Part shown: in pieces, positions 33,540 to 47,564 of the stretch | Layout: each line of letters begins with the position of its first letter | How positions within the stretch are numbered: the first letter of the stretch is position 1 | Assembly (NCBI RefSeq): GCF_009914755.1 | Contig: NC_060932.1 | From: the human T2T-CHM13v2.0 reference genome, Homo sapiens | Strand: one strand, 5' to 3' | DNA length: 64,000 nucleotides | The notes under the pieces: generated by a model | Told to the model about the DNA's origin: nothing | What the model saw: only the letters and a program-made list of their open reading frames with translations | The model's database searches: none | Made by a program: the position numbers and the translations under genes

Positions 33540-33960
33540 CATTGTAGGAGACTTTATAGAGGGAAGGAGGTCGGCTGAGGATGCCAGCCCCAGAAGGGGT
33601 GACAATGGCGGGAGAGCGGGGCTCCCCGGTGTAGTCCGGGAAGGTGCAGTTCCCAGGTGTGACCGCGGGGTGGCGCGGTGCGCCGGCGCCGGCGCTTGCA
33701 GACTTCCCGGGAGAGAAACCTCCGTGCAGCCCTGGGGCTGACGTGGATGCCACCCTGGGGTGGGCATTCAGTTTTGTTTGTTCCAAACTGCAGCCCAGCA
33801 GGAGACCTGTGTTCCTTTCCATCCAACAGGCGTTTGTAGGGGCTCCAGGCGCAGCCCAGGCCCTCGGCTCAGGAAACCCAGGGGGCTACATGACCAGGTC
33901 TGTTTCTGCCTCTGGGAGCGCACATTCGCCTGGGGGACGGTGGCAGACGCCCCCACACAC
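33540..33960. promoter_or_regulatory. Intergenic CpG-rich patch (orphan CpG-island-like element)
   Basis: Dense CpG core gaccgcggggtggcgcggtgcgccggcgccggcgc in otherwise CpG-depleted DNA; not part of an Alu. Confidence 0.6.
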
Positions 33961-34519
33961 GCTCCCTTCTAGATGAATATGAAGAAAGCAGGGCATTTTG
34001 CCATAGCCTTAAAAAAGAAAAGAAAGCTCGCATTTTCTGTACCGAGAGTAAATGACACCTTCACGCTTTCCCAGACCCTCACCCTATCCCTGGAGCCACT
34101 CGGAGTGACCCAGCCTCAACAGAATGTGGCATCTGAGAATCCCAGGCCTTCCTTGAAGGTTCTAAAAACCAGCAAAGGGCCCTGCTACACACATCCCACC
34201 ATTCATAACCAATTCCCCGCATCTCCCCTGGGGCACCCTGGCTCATTCAACCTGGCAAGCTCTACTTCTTCCTCAAAATGCTGCTCATCCCACCCTTTTA
34301 TAGTGTTGCGTTTCCTGAATCCTTCGGAATGAACTGCTGCCTCCTTGGTGTTGTATATGCTCCCGCTCCCGGAATTGTGCATTTACCATGTAGGTCAGTT
34401 TCCACATCTGCCCTGCAAGAATAAAATGTCCATGAGGACAGGGTCCCTGGGCTTGTATCCCCAGCACCTGGCACAGGGCCAGGCTAGTAGAGCGTGCTTA
34501 TTAGGCACTTGTCCAATTT

Positions 34520-34740
34520 TAAAAATTGATAAGTAGTATTTTTGCATATTTATGGGATACATATGCTATTTTGCAACATGCATAGAATGTGTAATGATCA
34601 AGTCGGGGTATCTGGGCTATCCATCACCTCGAGTATTTATCATTTCAATGTGTTGAGAACATTTCAAGTCCTTACTTCTAGCTCTTTTGAAATAAATATA
34701 GAATACATTGTTGTTTACTGCAGTTACCCCACACTACTTG
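34520..34740 (-). mobile_element. L1MA-type 3' end
   Basis: atatttatgggatacatatg...catagaatgtgtaatgatcaagtcgggg...tccatcacctcgagtattt. Confidence 0.75.
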
Positions 34741-35021
34741 GAGAATGCACACATGATTTTTAAGTTATTAGCTAATTCAGTTCTAACAAAAACCCTATGT
34801 ACTTGGTATTATCTACATTATTATTATTATTTTTGTAATCCTGGAAGATTATCTGCATTATTTTATAGATGAGGCAATGCTGGTTGCTGCAAAAGAGAAA
34901 GCCTGAAATCTCAATGGCTTAACACACTCAGAGGTTCTATCTCACATCACAGCCTGTGTGAGTTGGGCACCTTCTTCCATCTTCATGCTAATTCATCTAG
35001 CATGCATGTCTCCAAAGCTCC

Positions 35022-35405
35022 TGGTTTAGTCTGCTTGAGCTGCTGTAACAAAATACTATGGACTGGGTGACTTAAACAACAGACATTTATTTCTCACAGT
35101 TCTGGAGGCTGGGAAGTCCAAGATCAAGGTGCCAGTAAATTTAATTCCTAGCGAGGGCCCTCTTCCTGGGTTACATGTGTCCTCACATGACTGAATGAGA
35201 GAAAACTCTGGTCTTTCTTTCTCGTCTTACAAGGGCACTAATCCCGTCATGGGCCCTACCCACTAATCTCATCATGGGGCCCTACCCTCATGACCTCATC
35301 TACACCTAATTACCTTCCAAAGGCCCCACCTCCAAATACCGTCACATTGCAGGTCAGGGCTTCAGTGTGTGAATCTTAGGGGACACAAACATTTAGTTCA
35401 TGACA
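35022..35405 (-). mobile_element. MLT1A/MST-type MaLR LTR nested in an older MLT1
   Basis: acaaaatactatggactgggtgacttaaacaacagacatttatttctcacagttctggaggctgggaagtccaagatcaagg. Confidence 0.8.
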
Positions 35406-37430
35406 GCTGCCACTACAAGGGCATGTGGGCACTAAGTTGCCCTGGCCAGAAGTCACTTCTGTTCACAATTCATTGGCCAAAACTAGCCATACTGCCCCAG
35501 TATAAAGACCAGGGGGGCTGAGAAACGTAAGAAGCACAGGCATAGTGGGTGGGCGCCATCCAACTCTGCCACGAAGCCACACACACCTGTGCATACATGC
35601 CCGTATCCACAAATGCACACATATCCGCATACATATGCATACACAAGGGTACATACCTATCAATCATGCCCGAACACATGTAATAAATATTACAGTGACC
35701 TACATAGACACATGGAGCCTGCAGAACATCATGTGTCCAACAAAAAGCACATGCAAAATAATCCCCATGTGAGAAGGGCTGCATTTCTTAAAGAAGATTT
35801 TTTTTCACCATTATTGGCAAAGTTGTATGCTTAGGACTGAAAAAAAAAGATGTTTTGGGAGAAAAAGAACAGCAGGCAAAAGCAATGGCAACAAAGAAGA
35901 GATGATAATGTTCTCTCTGTTTTTGAGGATAATAGAGTTCTGGAGGCAAGCAGTTCTTGGGCGGTTCATATAGAGAGTAGTGAGACATAATCTTTGCAAG
36001 ATTTAGCTTGAGAGCCAGAGACAATTGTTTTATTTCTTATAACTATTTTGCATATATATATAGAAACAAGAGAGGCAGGCAGAGGGGATGATACACCCAC
36101 TGCCTCACCGCTGCTTTGTGGCGCCGCAGCTGTGTGGGTGTTGATGCCGCCACAGAGGTTAAACGCGACTTTGGGGAGGTTACTTGATGACATTTTGACA
36201 TTGTGGAGACTGGAGGTGACACATTTGTGTGGGAATTAAAATATTTGGACCAATTATATCAATAAACATGACTTAAGGGGAAAAACAGCAAAGATTGGCA
36301 GCCCCTGGCATTGATTGATCTCGCGTTCTCTCTCTCCAGGAGATCTAGAGTGAGTGTGGGGGACAAAGGCCTTCTTTTGCTGGGGCATTTCTGGTCCTGC
36401 TCAGGGAGAATGAGCTTCCCTGGGAGTTTTGGATTTCACTTCAACAGTTCAACCCAATTTGATCAATATTCATGGAGTGACTCCTGTGAGCCTGGTACCT
36501 CTCTGGGTGCTCAGCCCCCAATGTTCTTGTAGTTTCTGCCTGCAGGGAGCTTGCGGTTTGGCAGGAGAGAGAAGACATGTGCTTTAATATCTGTAAGCCA
36601 GAAGAAAGTGGGGAATTCTGCAGAGATGGGCGGGGCGGCGGGTTGTGTGGAGTTAATGGGGAGTGATTCAGAAGTCTCCAAAGGAGGTCTTGGAAAGTGG
36701 GTAGGATTTACTCCTCTGGACCTGAGAAGAACATACATGAAGGCATCCAGGAGTTGTCCAGGGAGTGCTGCAGGGTGCAGCGGACTCCAGAGGTCAATGA
36801 AAAGGTTGGGAGGGAGGCTGGAGCCACAACTTGGCGGCTCTGCCTGCCATGACATTCAACGTCCCCTGTACCATCAGAAGCCCCCACATCAGCTGTTTAG
36901 GAAGCTGCATCTTGTAGTGGGGCCATGGCTGACTGGAGGGAGGAAGGATCAGAAGCTGAGACAAGAATTTAAGAGGGGTGGTGGGCGTGGTTGCGGGGGG
37001 GAGAGATGGGGACAGGGGTTTATCCCTCTGGGGTCTTCCCTTGGAATCCAGGCAGCAGCAGCAGGGGCAGCTGCTTGAATGAGAAGGAAACATCATGACT
37101 GTCAGCAGCAGCCAGCCTTACGCCTCAGAGTGTCTACCTTGTGTGAGGAACTGTACCAAAGGCTCTCCCAAGGTAGCTGAGAATCAGGGAGCCCAGCTTA
37201 CCCCTCCAGCAAGTTTCTTGATGTTTTTAAGGCTCAGTTTCTTCATCTGCAAAGTGGAGCAAGTAATAGCAACTGTTCGTTAAGCACTTACCATATGTCA
37301 GGCAGTTGGTTTCTGAGCCTGTGCTGTTAGCCACAAAGCTCTGCTCCTTAACGCTGCCCTGTGAGCCTGGGCTAGGGGTAAAGCAGTTAGCATAGTCTGG
37401 CACATGGAGACTCCTCTGGTAAGTTATGGA

Positions 37431-37830
37431 CTGTTGCGGACTCAGTATGCCCCCAAGAATTCATAGGAAGCCCAGCTCCCAATGTGATGGTATTTGTATT
37501 TGGAGGTAGGGCCTTTGGGAGGGCAGTAGGGTTAGATGATATCATGAGGGTGGGGCCCTCATGATGGGATTAGTGCCCTTATAAGAAAAGACACCAGAGA
37601 GCTTGCTGTGTCACCCACCCCCAATGTAAGCACAAAGAAAGGTCATGAGAGCACATAGCCAGATGGTGGCCTCCTGCAAGCCAAGGGAAGAGGCCTCAGA
37701 ATGAAACCTACCTTGCCGACACCTTGATCTTAATCTTGGACTTCTCAGCCTCCAGAACTGTGAGAAATAAATTTCTTTTATTTAAGCCACCCAGCCTGTG
37801 GTATTTAATTATGGCATCCCAGGCCGACTG
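37431..37830 (+). mobile_element. MST/MLT1A-type MaLR LTR
   Basis: cccaatgtgatggtattt...gggattagtgcccttataaga...cagcctccagaactgtgagaaataaatttc. Confidence 0.8.
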
Positions 37831-37961
37831 GCAGTTACCTAACTCAATCCTTAAATGACTTCCAGATCATCATCATTAGACCCATATTCAAGATAAGAAA
37901 CTGAGGCAAAGGGAGTTTAAGTCACATGATATAGGTGACACAGGTATCCAAGTCACAATTC

Positions 37962-38260
<299 letters not shown>

Positions 38261-38599
38261 TGCAAGCCCCAGTTCCATCCCAGGCTTTGAAACACGCCTC
38301 CTGGGGGGAGATGAGAAGCTTGGCTGCTTGAATTCAAGTCTGGAGTTCTGACATTTCACTCTGTTGCCCTTGGCAAGTTCCCTTTCATCAGTGCAACTCA
38401 GGATTTTCATCTGTGAAATATGCATAATTTGGGAAGGTTAATGGCAACACTGAGTGCCAGCAAATGAAGACTGTCTGTTGGGGTATTGCCTTAGACAATG
38501 AGATTGGATGAGAAAGACCTGGAATGAGTGACAGGGCTTTGCAGGATGGCTACTGTTCACTAATCATTAAAATATTAATAACTATTATATAATAACGAT

Positions 38600-38950
38600 T
38601 ACAGAAAACAGTATAGTGGTCCTTCAAAAAAGTAGAGACAGAATTATCATCTGATCCAGCAATTCCATTTCTGGGTATACACTCAAAAGAATTGGAAGCA
38701 GAGTCTCAAAGAGGTATTTTTATACCCATGCTCATAGTATTATTTTCAATAGCCAACAGGTGAAAATAACTCACGTGTCCGTCTGACAGATTGATGGAGA
38801 AGCAAAACGTGGTATATACATGTAATAGAATATTACTTGGCTTTAAAAAGAAAGGATATTCTAATGCCTGCTGCCACATGCATGAACCTGGAGGATGTAA
38901 GTCAAGATGAAATAAGCCTGTCAAAAAGACAAACACTGTGTAATAACTCT
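38600..38950 (+). mobile_element. L1M (L1MB-like) fragment
   Basis: gatccagcaattccatttctgggtatacactcaaaagaattg...atgaacctggagga; L1 ORF2 end and 3' UTR. Confidence 0.8.
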
Positions 38951-39907
38951 TAGAATTCTCATGGTAAGAGGAACCGCCTTGAACATCTAGCCAGAGAGAC
39001 TGGACTTGAGCCTTTGGGAGGATTTCCTGTGAGCGAGGGCTGCTTGCCTAGACGAAGTTGGGTGAGGATACTGCCAGGGTTTCTCTCCCTGGTTATTTTT
39101 GTGATAGGATAGAAAGCCGCCAGCCCGTAGTCCTGGGCCTAATGTTGGTAAATGGCGGTGGTGGCCACGCAGCTCCAACCTTGCCACACGCAGTCTCCTT
39201 GCCACAGCATGAGAGCTGTGTCGAACATGATAGTCTGTGGGATGTGCTCTTTGGGTGCTGAGGGCAGAAGATCAGGCTGTGATGCTCCTATCTGTGACAA
39301 GGAATAAGATATTCAGCCTCGTTCTGTCTCTCTGACTGTACAAGGGCTGGGAAGCTTTACTTCATGGGTGTGTGGAGTGACACCTCCTCTGTGAAGCCCT
39401 CCCAATCTTCCCCAGCATAGACTTCATGCGCTTCTTCCTCTGTGCTCCTGGTGGACCTTAGAACATACCTCCATGAGGACGTATGCCATACAGAATCAAT
39501 TTTGGGTGGGAGGTCTGGGTTACTACTGGGTCCCCAGCACATTGTTGATGCAATTAATATTTATTCAATAGGTGAATTCAACAGGGGGTCCTGAGTGTGG
39601 AGGGAAGAAGACCCTCGTTTGGCTTTTCCTCTCACTTCCCTTCCCAGCCCCCACCTCACTCTCACTGCTATATCATTTCACTCTCCTCTTTGATTTCCTC
39701 TGCTGCCTGTGGTGGGGGTGGGGGTCGGGGTAAGGGGTTGGGGGGCTGGAGTGGGATGGGGGAAGGGAGGCTAAACCTAGTTGGAAAGGATGGTGTCATG
39801 AAGTCAGTCCTAATAAGATGTGAATTGGATTGATAAGATTTAGCAGCTACGTCTCCCGGAGGCCCTTGCACCCCAACTGTGTCAGTGACTTGATGTCACA
39901 AAAGACA

Positions 39908-40440
39908 GTGTGTGGTAATGGGCCCCCATACACACATTTCCCAGTGATCCTCACTTCTGGGGATTCACACCCCGTGTAGCCCCTTTCCACATGGAATCTG
40001 GGCTGGCCTGTGTGATGAATAGAATATGATGGAAGTGAAAGTGGTGACCTCCAAGGCGAAGTCAAAAAGGCATTGCAGCTTCTGACATGGCCCTTGGGTC
40101 AGCTGCTCTGCAGGAAGCCAGCTGCCATCCCATGAGGATGTTCAAGTAGCCCTGTGGAGGGGCCCCAGGGACACCAGGCACGGATCAACAGCCGGCACCA
40201 ATCTGCCAGCCATGAGTGAGCCACCTTGGGAGGGGAACCTCCAGTCCCGGTCCAGCCTTCAGATGACTGCAACCTCAACTGACATCCAACTACAACTTAG
40301 TGAGTGACTTTGAGCCAGAACTGCCCAGCCAAGCTGTCCCTGAATTCCTGACCTACAGAAATCATGAGAGATCATCAGTGGTTATTGTGTAAGTCTCTGA
40401 ATATTGGTGTGAGTTGTTATGCAGCATTAGCTAAGACAGA
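39908..40440 (+). mobile_element. MLT1F/G-like MaLR LTR
   Basis: cccagtgatcctcac...ccagccttcagatgactgca...gagccagaactgcccagccaagctg...cctgacctacagaaatcatgagag. Confidence 0.75.
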
Positions 40441-41024
40441 CAGGAACTCCAATAGTAGAATTTCAGATATAAAGACCCCTCCCAGAATTGAACTGCCCAC
40501 TTCCAGAGTAAGGCAGGGGCTGTGTGGTCTGAGAGTGGGCTACAGTCATCTTGCTGCTGTATGTGCTCTGTGTTTGTGCCCCCCTGCCTGCCCCCTGCTT
40601 CGGCAGCCTTGGCATTGCTCCCCACTCCCTGTGCCTGGATTCCTCAGGCCCTGCCCCAGCACTTGGCACTGTCAGCATGGTTGGCTCTGCTTGCTGTCAA
40701 TATTCTTCCTAGCCCCCAAGCCAGGCTGGTTTGGGTGAGGACCACAATGCAACAGATGAGTTTCCTCCCGAAACCCTTCAGATTCTCAGTCACAGTTTCC
40801 ATGATTGTTTTGGGAAAAAAAAAAAAAAAAAAAAAAGAACCAGGTTAGGTATAATTTCCTGCTAGAATCTGGAGGGAAGAAGAGCTGAAAATGCTGAAAA
40901 AATTTTTAAATCTTATATGACCAATGAACTTATTTTGCTCCTAAGTTATTCTAAGCAAAAAGACATACTCAACCAGAGAGCAAAGGCCTTGAGGGCAGGC
41001 ACTGTGTGTGTCTTCTCCCTTTCT

Positions 41025-41600
41025 CTCATTCGTTCACTCATTTGTCCACCTGTTCGTTCATTCATTCATTCATTCATTCATTCATTCATTCATTCATTCA
41101 ACAATGCGCATGCAAGTACTAGCTATCAGGCACAATGATAAACACTGGAGAGACAGCAACAGCTAATAATTTCTGCCCTTGGGGAACTTACAATAGACAA
41201 AAAAATAAGTAAAATATACTCAAGTTGAATATTTGCTGGCAAAGCATATTGTGAAGAAAAATAAAGAGGAGAAGGTGGAGAGCAAGTGTCAGGGGGTGGC
41301 TGCCATGTTAGTGAGTGAGCCGGGAAGTCCTCTTTGAGCAGGTGACATTGAGGACAGGCTGACCGAGGTGAGGCCTGAAAGTCCTGTGATTCCTGAGGGA
41401 ATCCAGGCAGAGGAGCAGTTCGTGCAGAAGCCCTGCGGTGGGAGCACCCAGAAGTTTTCCAGAGCTGGTGAAAGGCCTCTGTGGCTGGAGCCCTGTGAGC
41501 AAGTGCCAGAGTAGCAGGGGCTGGGGTCACGGGGCAGGGGGTAAGATGTGGTACGTGGGCGTTTACTCGCAGTGAGCTGGGAGCCATGTAGAATCTTGGC
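41025..41600. mobile_element. L2 3' end with (TTCA)n tail
   Basis: (TTCA)n at ~41053-41100 followed by degenerate L2 sequence. Confidence 0.7.
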
Positions 41601-44600
41601 AGCAGTGTTTTGTGGCAGAGCACATTCTGCCTGTGTCTCATTTACCCTGATGTCTCCTGTGAGATGCAGACAGGGACCTAAAGTTCCAGTTCCCATCTGC
41701 TCATGCAGGGCCTTCCACCCTTCCCCTGCCCATGGAGTGTCAGGTGTATTTATACAGTAGGCCCTTGGCAAGGGTTGCAGGTAGCAGATATGCAAGTGTG
41801 TGGGCATTCAGATGTGCAGGTGTGCCAGCTTGGGCCTCTGTAATCCCTGACATCCATTCTCTGAGAGCCATATGGAGCAGCCTTACCAGGGCCTCACTGC
41901 TGAAGCCCATTGTGGGAGCACCCATGTGGGTGCTCCTAAGTCGCCTTCTCCCAGGGAGCTGGCAAAGTGTAGACTCTGTGCAGGGGCAGCAAAGAGACCA
42001 TCTCCCCCCATCTCTGGGACACCTGTGTCACCTCTGTGCCCATGGACACTGCTGTGGGACCCGGCTAACCCCATCTTTCCACCAAGAAGCACCTCTGGAT
42101 ATGGCTCTTATCCACCTGTGAGCCCATGCAGGCACAGAAGCCAGGGCGTCCCCTGCTCATTCTCACTATTCTTTTGCCCAGCATGAACTCCACCCTTCTC
42201 ACGTGATACAGAAAGGCCTGGATTCTGGTGGGTGCAGAAGGTGATGAGAGCTGTCAACACTAGTAGGATCTGTGGACCCCGGGCCAGGTGGCCAAATGCC
42301 TAGGATGCTCACATTTGGACACTGGTGTCACTGCTTTCTGAGATCCCTTCACACTCATCTCCTCTGGTCACTTCTCATGTCACCACGTTTGGTTTGGCAA
42401 CTCTTGCGGGTGGCTGCCAGGCCCTCTTCTCCTCTGCAGGCCCCTTCTGCTTCTCCAGCGCTGACCAGAGTTTTTGCCTTTGATGTCACTTCAATGTAAT
42501 GTTCACCACCTGAGTCACGTAGTAGGTGCTTGGCCACTTCTGGAGACAGCCTGAGACAAATGTTGCGTGACAATCTTAGACACCTTCGAGGGGTGTCTTC
42601 CTGTGTTTGCACTGTGCACGTTACACAGTTGTGTGCATGCCAGCACCGACAAAGCCCCCATGTCCCTTTGCTGAGCAGTTTTCAAGCAGGGCTGTTGTCC
42701 TTGCTGCTCTGACATGGTCTCCTTGCTATTGTTTTCATCTTTATCCTTCAGACCTCAGCTGAGATAAATCTTCAAGCTCTTCCCCCACCGCCTGAGCGAG
42801 CCTATGACTCATGAAGCCCCATGCTTGAGAACAAACAGGCTGTCTCCTCTTCCCCGCCTCTGCCCTCTGTGACCCAGTGCTCTTTCTCCAGCAATGATGA
42901 ACCTTTATTGCAGCGACAGGGCAGGGTTTGGTCCTGGGATGGTGACATTATTAAAAACAGATTTAGCAATGCTCCAAGTAGTTAGTCCGCCTGCTCTGTA
43001 ATGGTTTATCATAGTCATAAAGCTGACTGTTGGGGTCAGCTGATCTCTGCTTTTAGACACGACCACACCTACGTCATTCCAATGAGATGGAATTATCTTT
43101 TATTTGTTGTTATTTTTTAAAGGCCTCCAGAGAGAGCTTAGAGCTCCCCCTCCTTCAGAAACCTACTCTGGCGTTACAATGTTGCTGGGGCCATGTCATT
43201 GATCTGTGTGTGTGCATGTGTGTGTGTGTGTGCATGCATGTCATGTGTACACGCTGGGTTTCTACAGTGATTTCTGCCCCCACCACTTGCTCTCTATCCG
43301 CCCTTCTTCAGGCACAGGGTCTGAGACAATCACAGCAGAGGAGCCTGCAGACAGCAGCGCAGGTGGGAGCTCATGGCGTGGGAAGAGGCTACACATTTCG
43401 GTGCCTGGATTCCAATCTACCTCCTTCACTGACTTGCTGTGACCCAAGGCAAAGCTGATTAGTCTCCCTGAGCCTCAGTTCCCTCAAGTGTGAAAGTCAT
43501 AATAACTGAATTTTCAGTGCCACCAGGATTGGAGGTAATATATGCAAAGTGCCTCGTCCATAGTAGGTGCCCCATAAATACCTGCTATTATTGGGGATAG
43601 AAAGAAAGTGCCTGTGGGTGGCAATGGGAACATTCTGACTTGAGCCTCTCCTGAGAACAGAATGTGGTCTGTGTGGGCATGCATCAGTCAGGGGTGAGTC
43701 CTCCTGGGAAGCCTCCACTGCTCACTGCATGGGGACCCGAGACTGCCTGAGCTGGGGTGGTGCTGGCCCCAGGGCCATTTGCACCCCTACACGTCCAGCT
43801 GACTGGGCGGAGCATCCCGTCCCCTGGCTGTGGAGGACATGGTGCAGGTCCGTGTGTTGTGCGGGGTGTGATGCACGTTGCCTGACTTCATGAAAAGCAA
43901 CCTGTCCCTAGGCTGTTGGTTTCCATGGCAGCGCAGGGAAGAGCAGCCAAGCAAACAGGCAGCTAGGCTTAAAAAGAAAAGTAGCATGATTTGGGAACCT
44001 AGTGACTGTCGTAGTCAGGAGTATGCAGAATTCAGAGATTTGTTTATGTAACAAATATTTATTGGGTCTCCCCCACGTACCAGGCACCCAGGATACATCA
44101 GCGAGCATAACAGATCAAGATTCCTGTTCTTGAGGGGCTCACTTTGTGGCAGGTGGGGATGGGGAGGCAGACAATGATCAATAAACATAATAAAAAATTA
44201 TTCATTATTCTAGGAGGTGATCTTTGCTACAGAGAGAAAGAAAGCAGGGCAACAGGACTAAGGGTACTGGGTGGAGGTGGGGTGGGTTGCAAGATTATAA
44301 ATAAGGAGGTCAGGGCTGACCTCCTCAAGAAGGTGACATTTGGGCAAAAACTTAAGCTGAGGGACTTACCCTGTGCAAAGGCCCTGAGGCAGGAGTGTGC
44401 CCGGTGTGTTCAGTGAACAGGGAGGAAGCAGTGAAGCTGGAGAGTAGGGAAGGATGGAGCAAGGAGGAGGCCTTCTGGGCAGGGAGGTCATGGAGGTTGG
44501 ATCACGTCTAGTCTTTTGACTGGGGCTTTTCTACTGAATGATCAGCTAGGGGGCTGTGAGTGATCATCACTGAGAAGTGACGGTGGTGGTAGTGGAGCTG

Positions 44601-44774
44601 GAGAGGAGTCCAGGGCAAATCCTGTCCCATAGATAGTGGCAATTGAATAGCAGGAACCAGATGAGCATGTAGATGACTGTAACGCAACGTGGAAGACACT
44701 GAGTTGCATCCAAGAACGTAAAGGGGATTTGAAGGTGGGAAGGAGCACCTCTGGCTGATAAGGATCATAAAACT

Positions 44775-45074
44775 GGCCAGGCATAGTAGCTCACACCTGT
44801 AATCCCAGCACCTTGGGAGGCCAAGGCAGGTGCAGGTGGATTGCTTGAGCCCAAGAGTTTGAGACCAGCCTGGGAAACATGGCAAAACCCCATCTCTACA
44901 AAAAAATACTAAGATTAGCAGAACACGGTGGCCTTCACCTGTGGTCTCAGCTGCTTGGGAGGCTGAAGCGGGAGGATCGGTTGAGCCCAGGAGGTTGAGG
45001 CTGGAGTGAGCCGAGATTGTGACACCGTACTCCAGCCTGGGTGACAGGGCCAGATCTTGTTTCAAGAAGAAAAA
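44775..45074 (+). mobile_element. Alu (J-type)
   Basis: Sense Alu; TSD ATAAAACT. Confidence 0.93.
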
Positions 45075-45972
45075 TTATAAAACTCTTTATCCGTATTAGA
45101 GATGGGCTTTGAAGGAGGGCTGGACTCCAGTGGAGTGCAGGTGAGCAGATGGTGAGGCCAGGAGCAGTAGCAGGGGAAATGCATGCTGGGGGTAGGATCA
45201 GATCTTTCTCTCTCTCCAGGACTCACTGCCCCCACCAGCATGCATGGGAATCTGAGATGCAGACAATGGCTCAGACCAGTGTGTGGGCTGGCGTGGTGTT
45301 TCAGGTGGGAGGACCTGACATAAGGGTGGCTGCTGGGAGCCTGGGAAAAAGGGGAAGCGTGTGTTGTATGGGACCTATCTCATGGTGGTCAGGGGAGCAC
45401 AGGGGTGCCGTGAACAGAGGTAGTTTGGTGGCGACTGGAGAAAAGATGGAGGGTAAATGTGGGGAGTTTGCCTTTGTTTGCACTGAGATTAGGATGTCTC
45501 ACAGGCCATGGTCAAGGGGGTGGAAAATGCCAGACAAACTGTGTGGGATGCTCGGCTTTTTATTGATCTGCACTGATGTCCTCGTTTGCTGAGGTGCTTA
45601 CAGAATCCATGGGAAGTCTGCAGGATTGGGCTTGGAAAAGGGGAAGGAACCAAGTGAAACCAAATGGCCAGATGTACGGCCAAGGTCAGGTTTCTGGCAA
45701 ATGCTGGGTGGCATCCTGGCATCATTACAACTGGAGGTTAGGAGCCACCACTGCAGGCAACGAAAGAATCCATTCTAAACTGCCCAGTGCTCTAGCCCCA
45801 GTGCCCTGGAACAGAGCATCATCTGCCAGGGGTGGGGGAGAGGGAAATCTTGGCTTTCAGCTTTTATAGTGAGGTGCGGGGTGGCTCTGCTTCCCAGCAA
45901 GGTTTGCACCATGGCAGATTCTCCGAACAGAGCAGAGCGTCAGCCTCTGGGAGCAAAGGAGATGAAAGTCCT

Positions 45973-46410
45973 TGTATGAGTTTGCTACATCCGCTGTAGT
46001 AAAGTACCATCAACTGGGGGACTTAACAGAAATTTATTGTCTCACAGTCTGGAGCCTAGATGTCCAAAATCAAGGTGTTGGTAGGGTTGGTTCCTTTTGA
46101 GGTCTGTGAAGAAGATTCTGTTTCATGCCTCTCTGCTGGCTTCAGGTGGTCACAGTTGTCCCTTGGGCTTGTTGATGGTGTCTCACTGTGTCTTCGCCTT
46201 GGCTTCACTCAGTGTGTCTCTGTGAGCATGTTTCCCCTTTTTCTATGGACACCAGCTGAACTGGTCAGGGCTCAGTCCCTAATGGCCTAATTTTTAACTT
46301 GCTTACCTCTGTAAAGACTCTATTTCCAAATAATGTCACATTCTGAGGTAGTGGGGGTTAGGACTTTAATGTTTATTTTGGGTGGGGGCCCCAATTCAAT
46401 CCACAAGAGG
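45973..46410 (-). mobile_element. MLT1B/C-type MaLR LTR
   Basis: tgtatgagtttgct...acagaaatttattgtctcacagtctgg...aagactctatttccaaataatgtcacattctgaggt. Confidence 0.8.
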
Positions 46411-47068
46411 CCCCCGATAGCAGTGTCAGTTTAGCTTTTTTTGTGACTTCACTTCCTGTCAAGAATGGGATGGTTTTCATCCTGACAGTTTTAGAGATAT
46501 ATTTATGTAACTGTCAATTTTTATATGATGGAAATCAAATAAATCTGCTTTGCTCTTTCAATCATTCATAAAAATCAGTTAACAGGCTTTGGTTTGCTCT
46601 CAGCAGTTTCTGTTGATAGATGGTAGATCCAACACTCTGCTGTGCTCGCTCAGAGTGTTCCTGGCCATGGGATATGTTTTTTCCATTATTAACTTTATTG
46701 TTGTGGTGCAAAAATCAGTAGGGAAAGTGAGGCTGCTCCCATTGTTTTTGGACCGAAAAAACATGTTCAGCACGTGGGCTGTGTGCAGGGGCCAAACACC
46801 AATTTGCAGCACAGACCCGTCACTCCTGGCCCACCCAGGAGTTGCTTGCTCCTCAGACGGAACTCTCCCCGAACATGTTTGATGTCTCCGTGGTTTTAAG
46901 CAAAAGCTTAGAGTCACACACAGCTCCGTTAGGCTCGATGTCTGGGACACCTCTGCTCTTCTGTTGGATGAGCTTTTCCTGTCTTGTCACCTGTGTCTTT
47001 GCTGTCAATTCTGTTCTCTCCTGAACATTATTCTGAAGGAGGATGTGAAATCTTTGTGCCAGGCCTAA

Positions 47069-47564
<496 letters not shown>

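Noticed and set aside
33463-33976. Multiple overlapping ORFs
   Set aside because: Expected from high GC content and few stop codons; no coherent protein.
36551-37078. 175-aa ORF (and similar ORFs at 41126-41807, 44508-45065, 47847-48398)
   Set aside because: GC-rich or repeat-derived, mostly non-ATG starts, no domain similarity and no exon structure.
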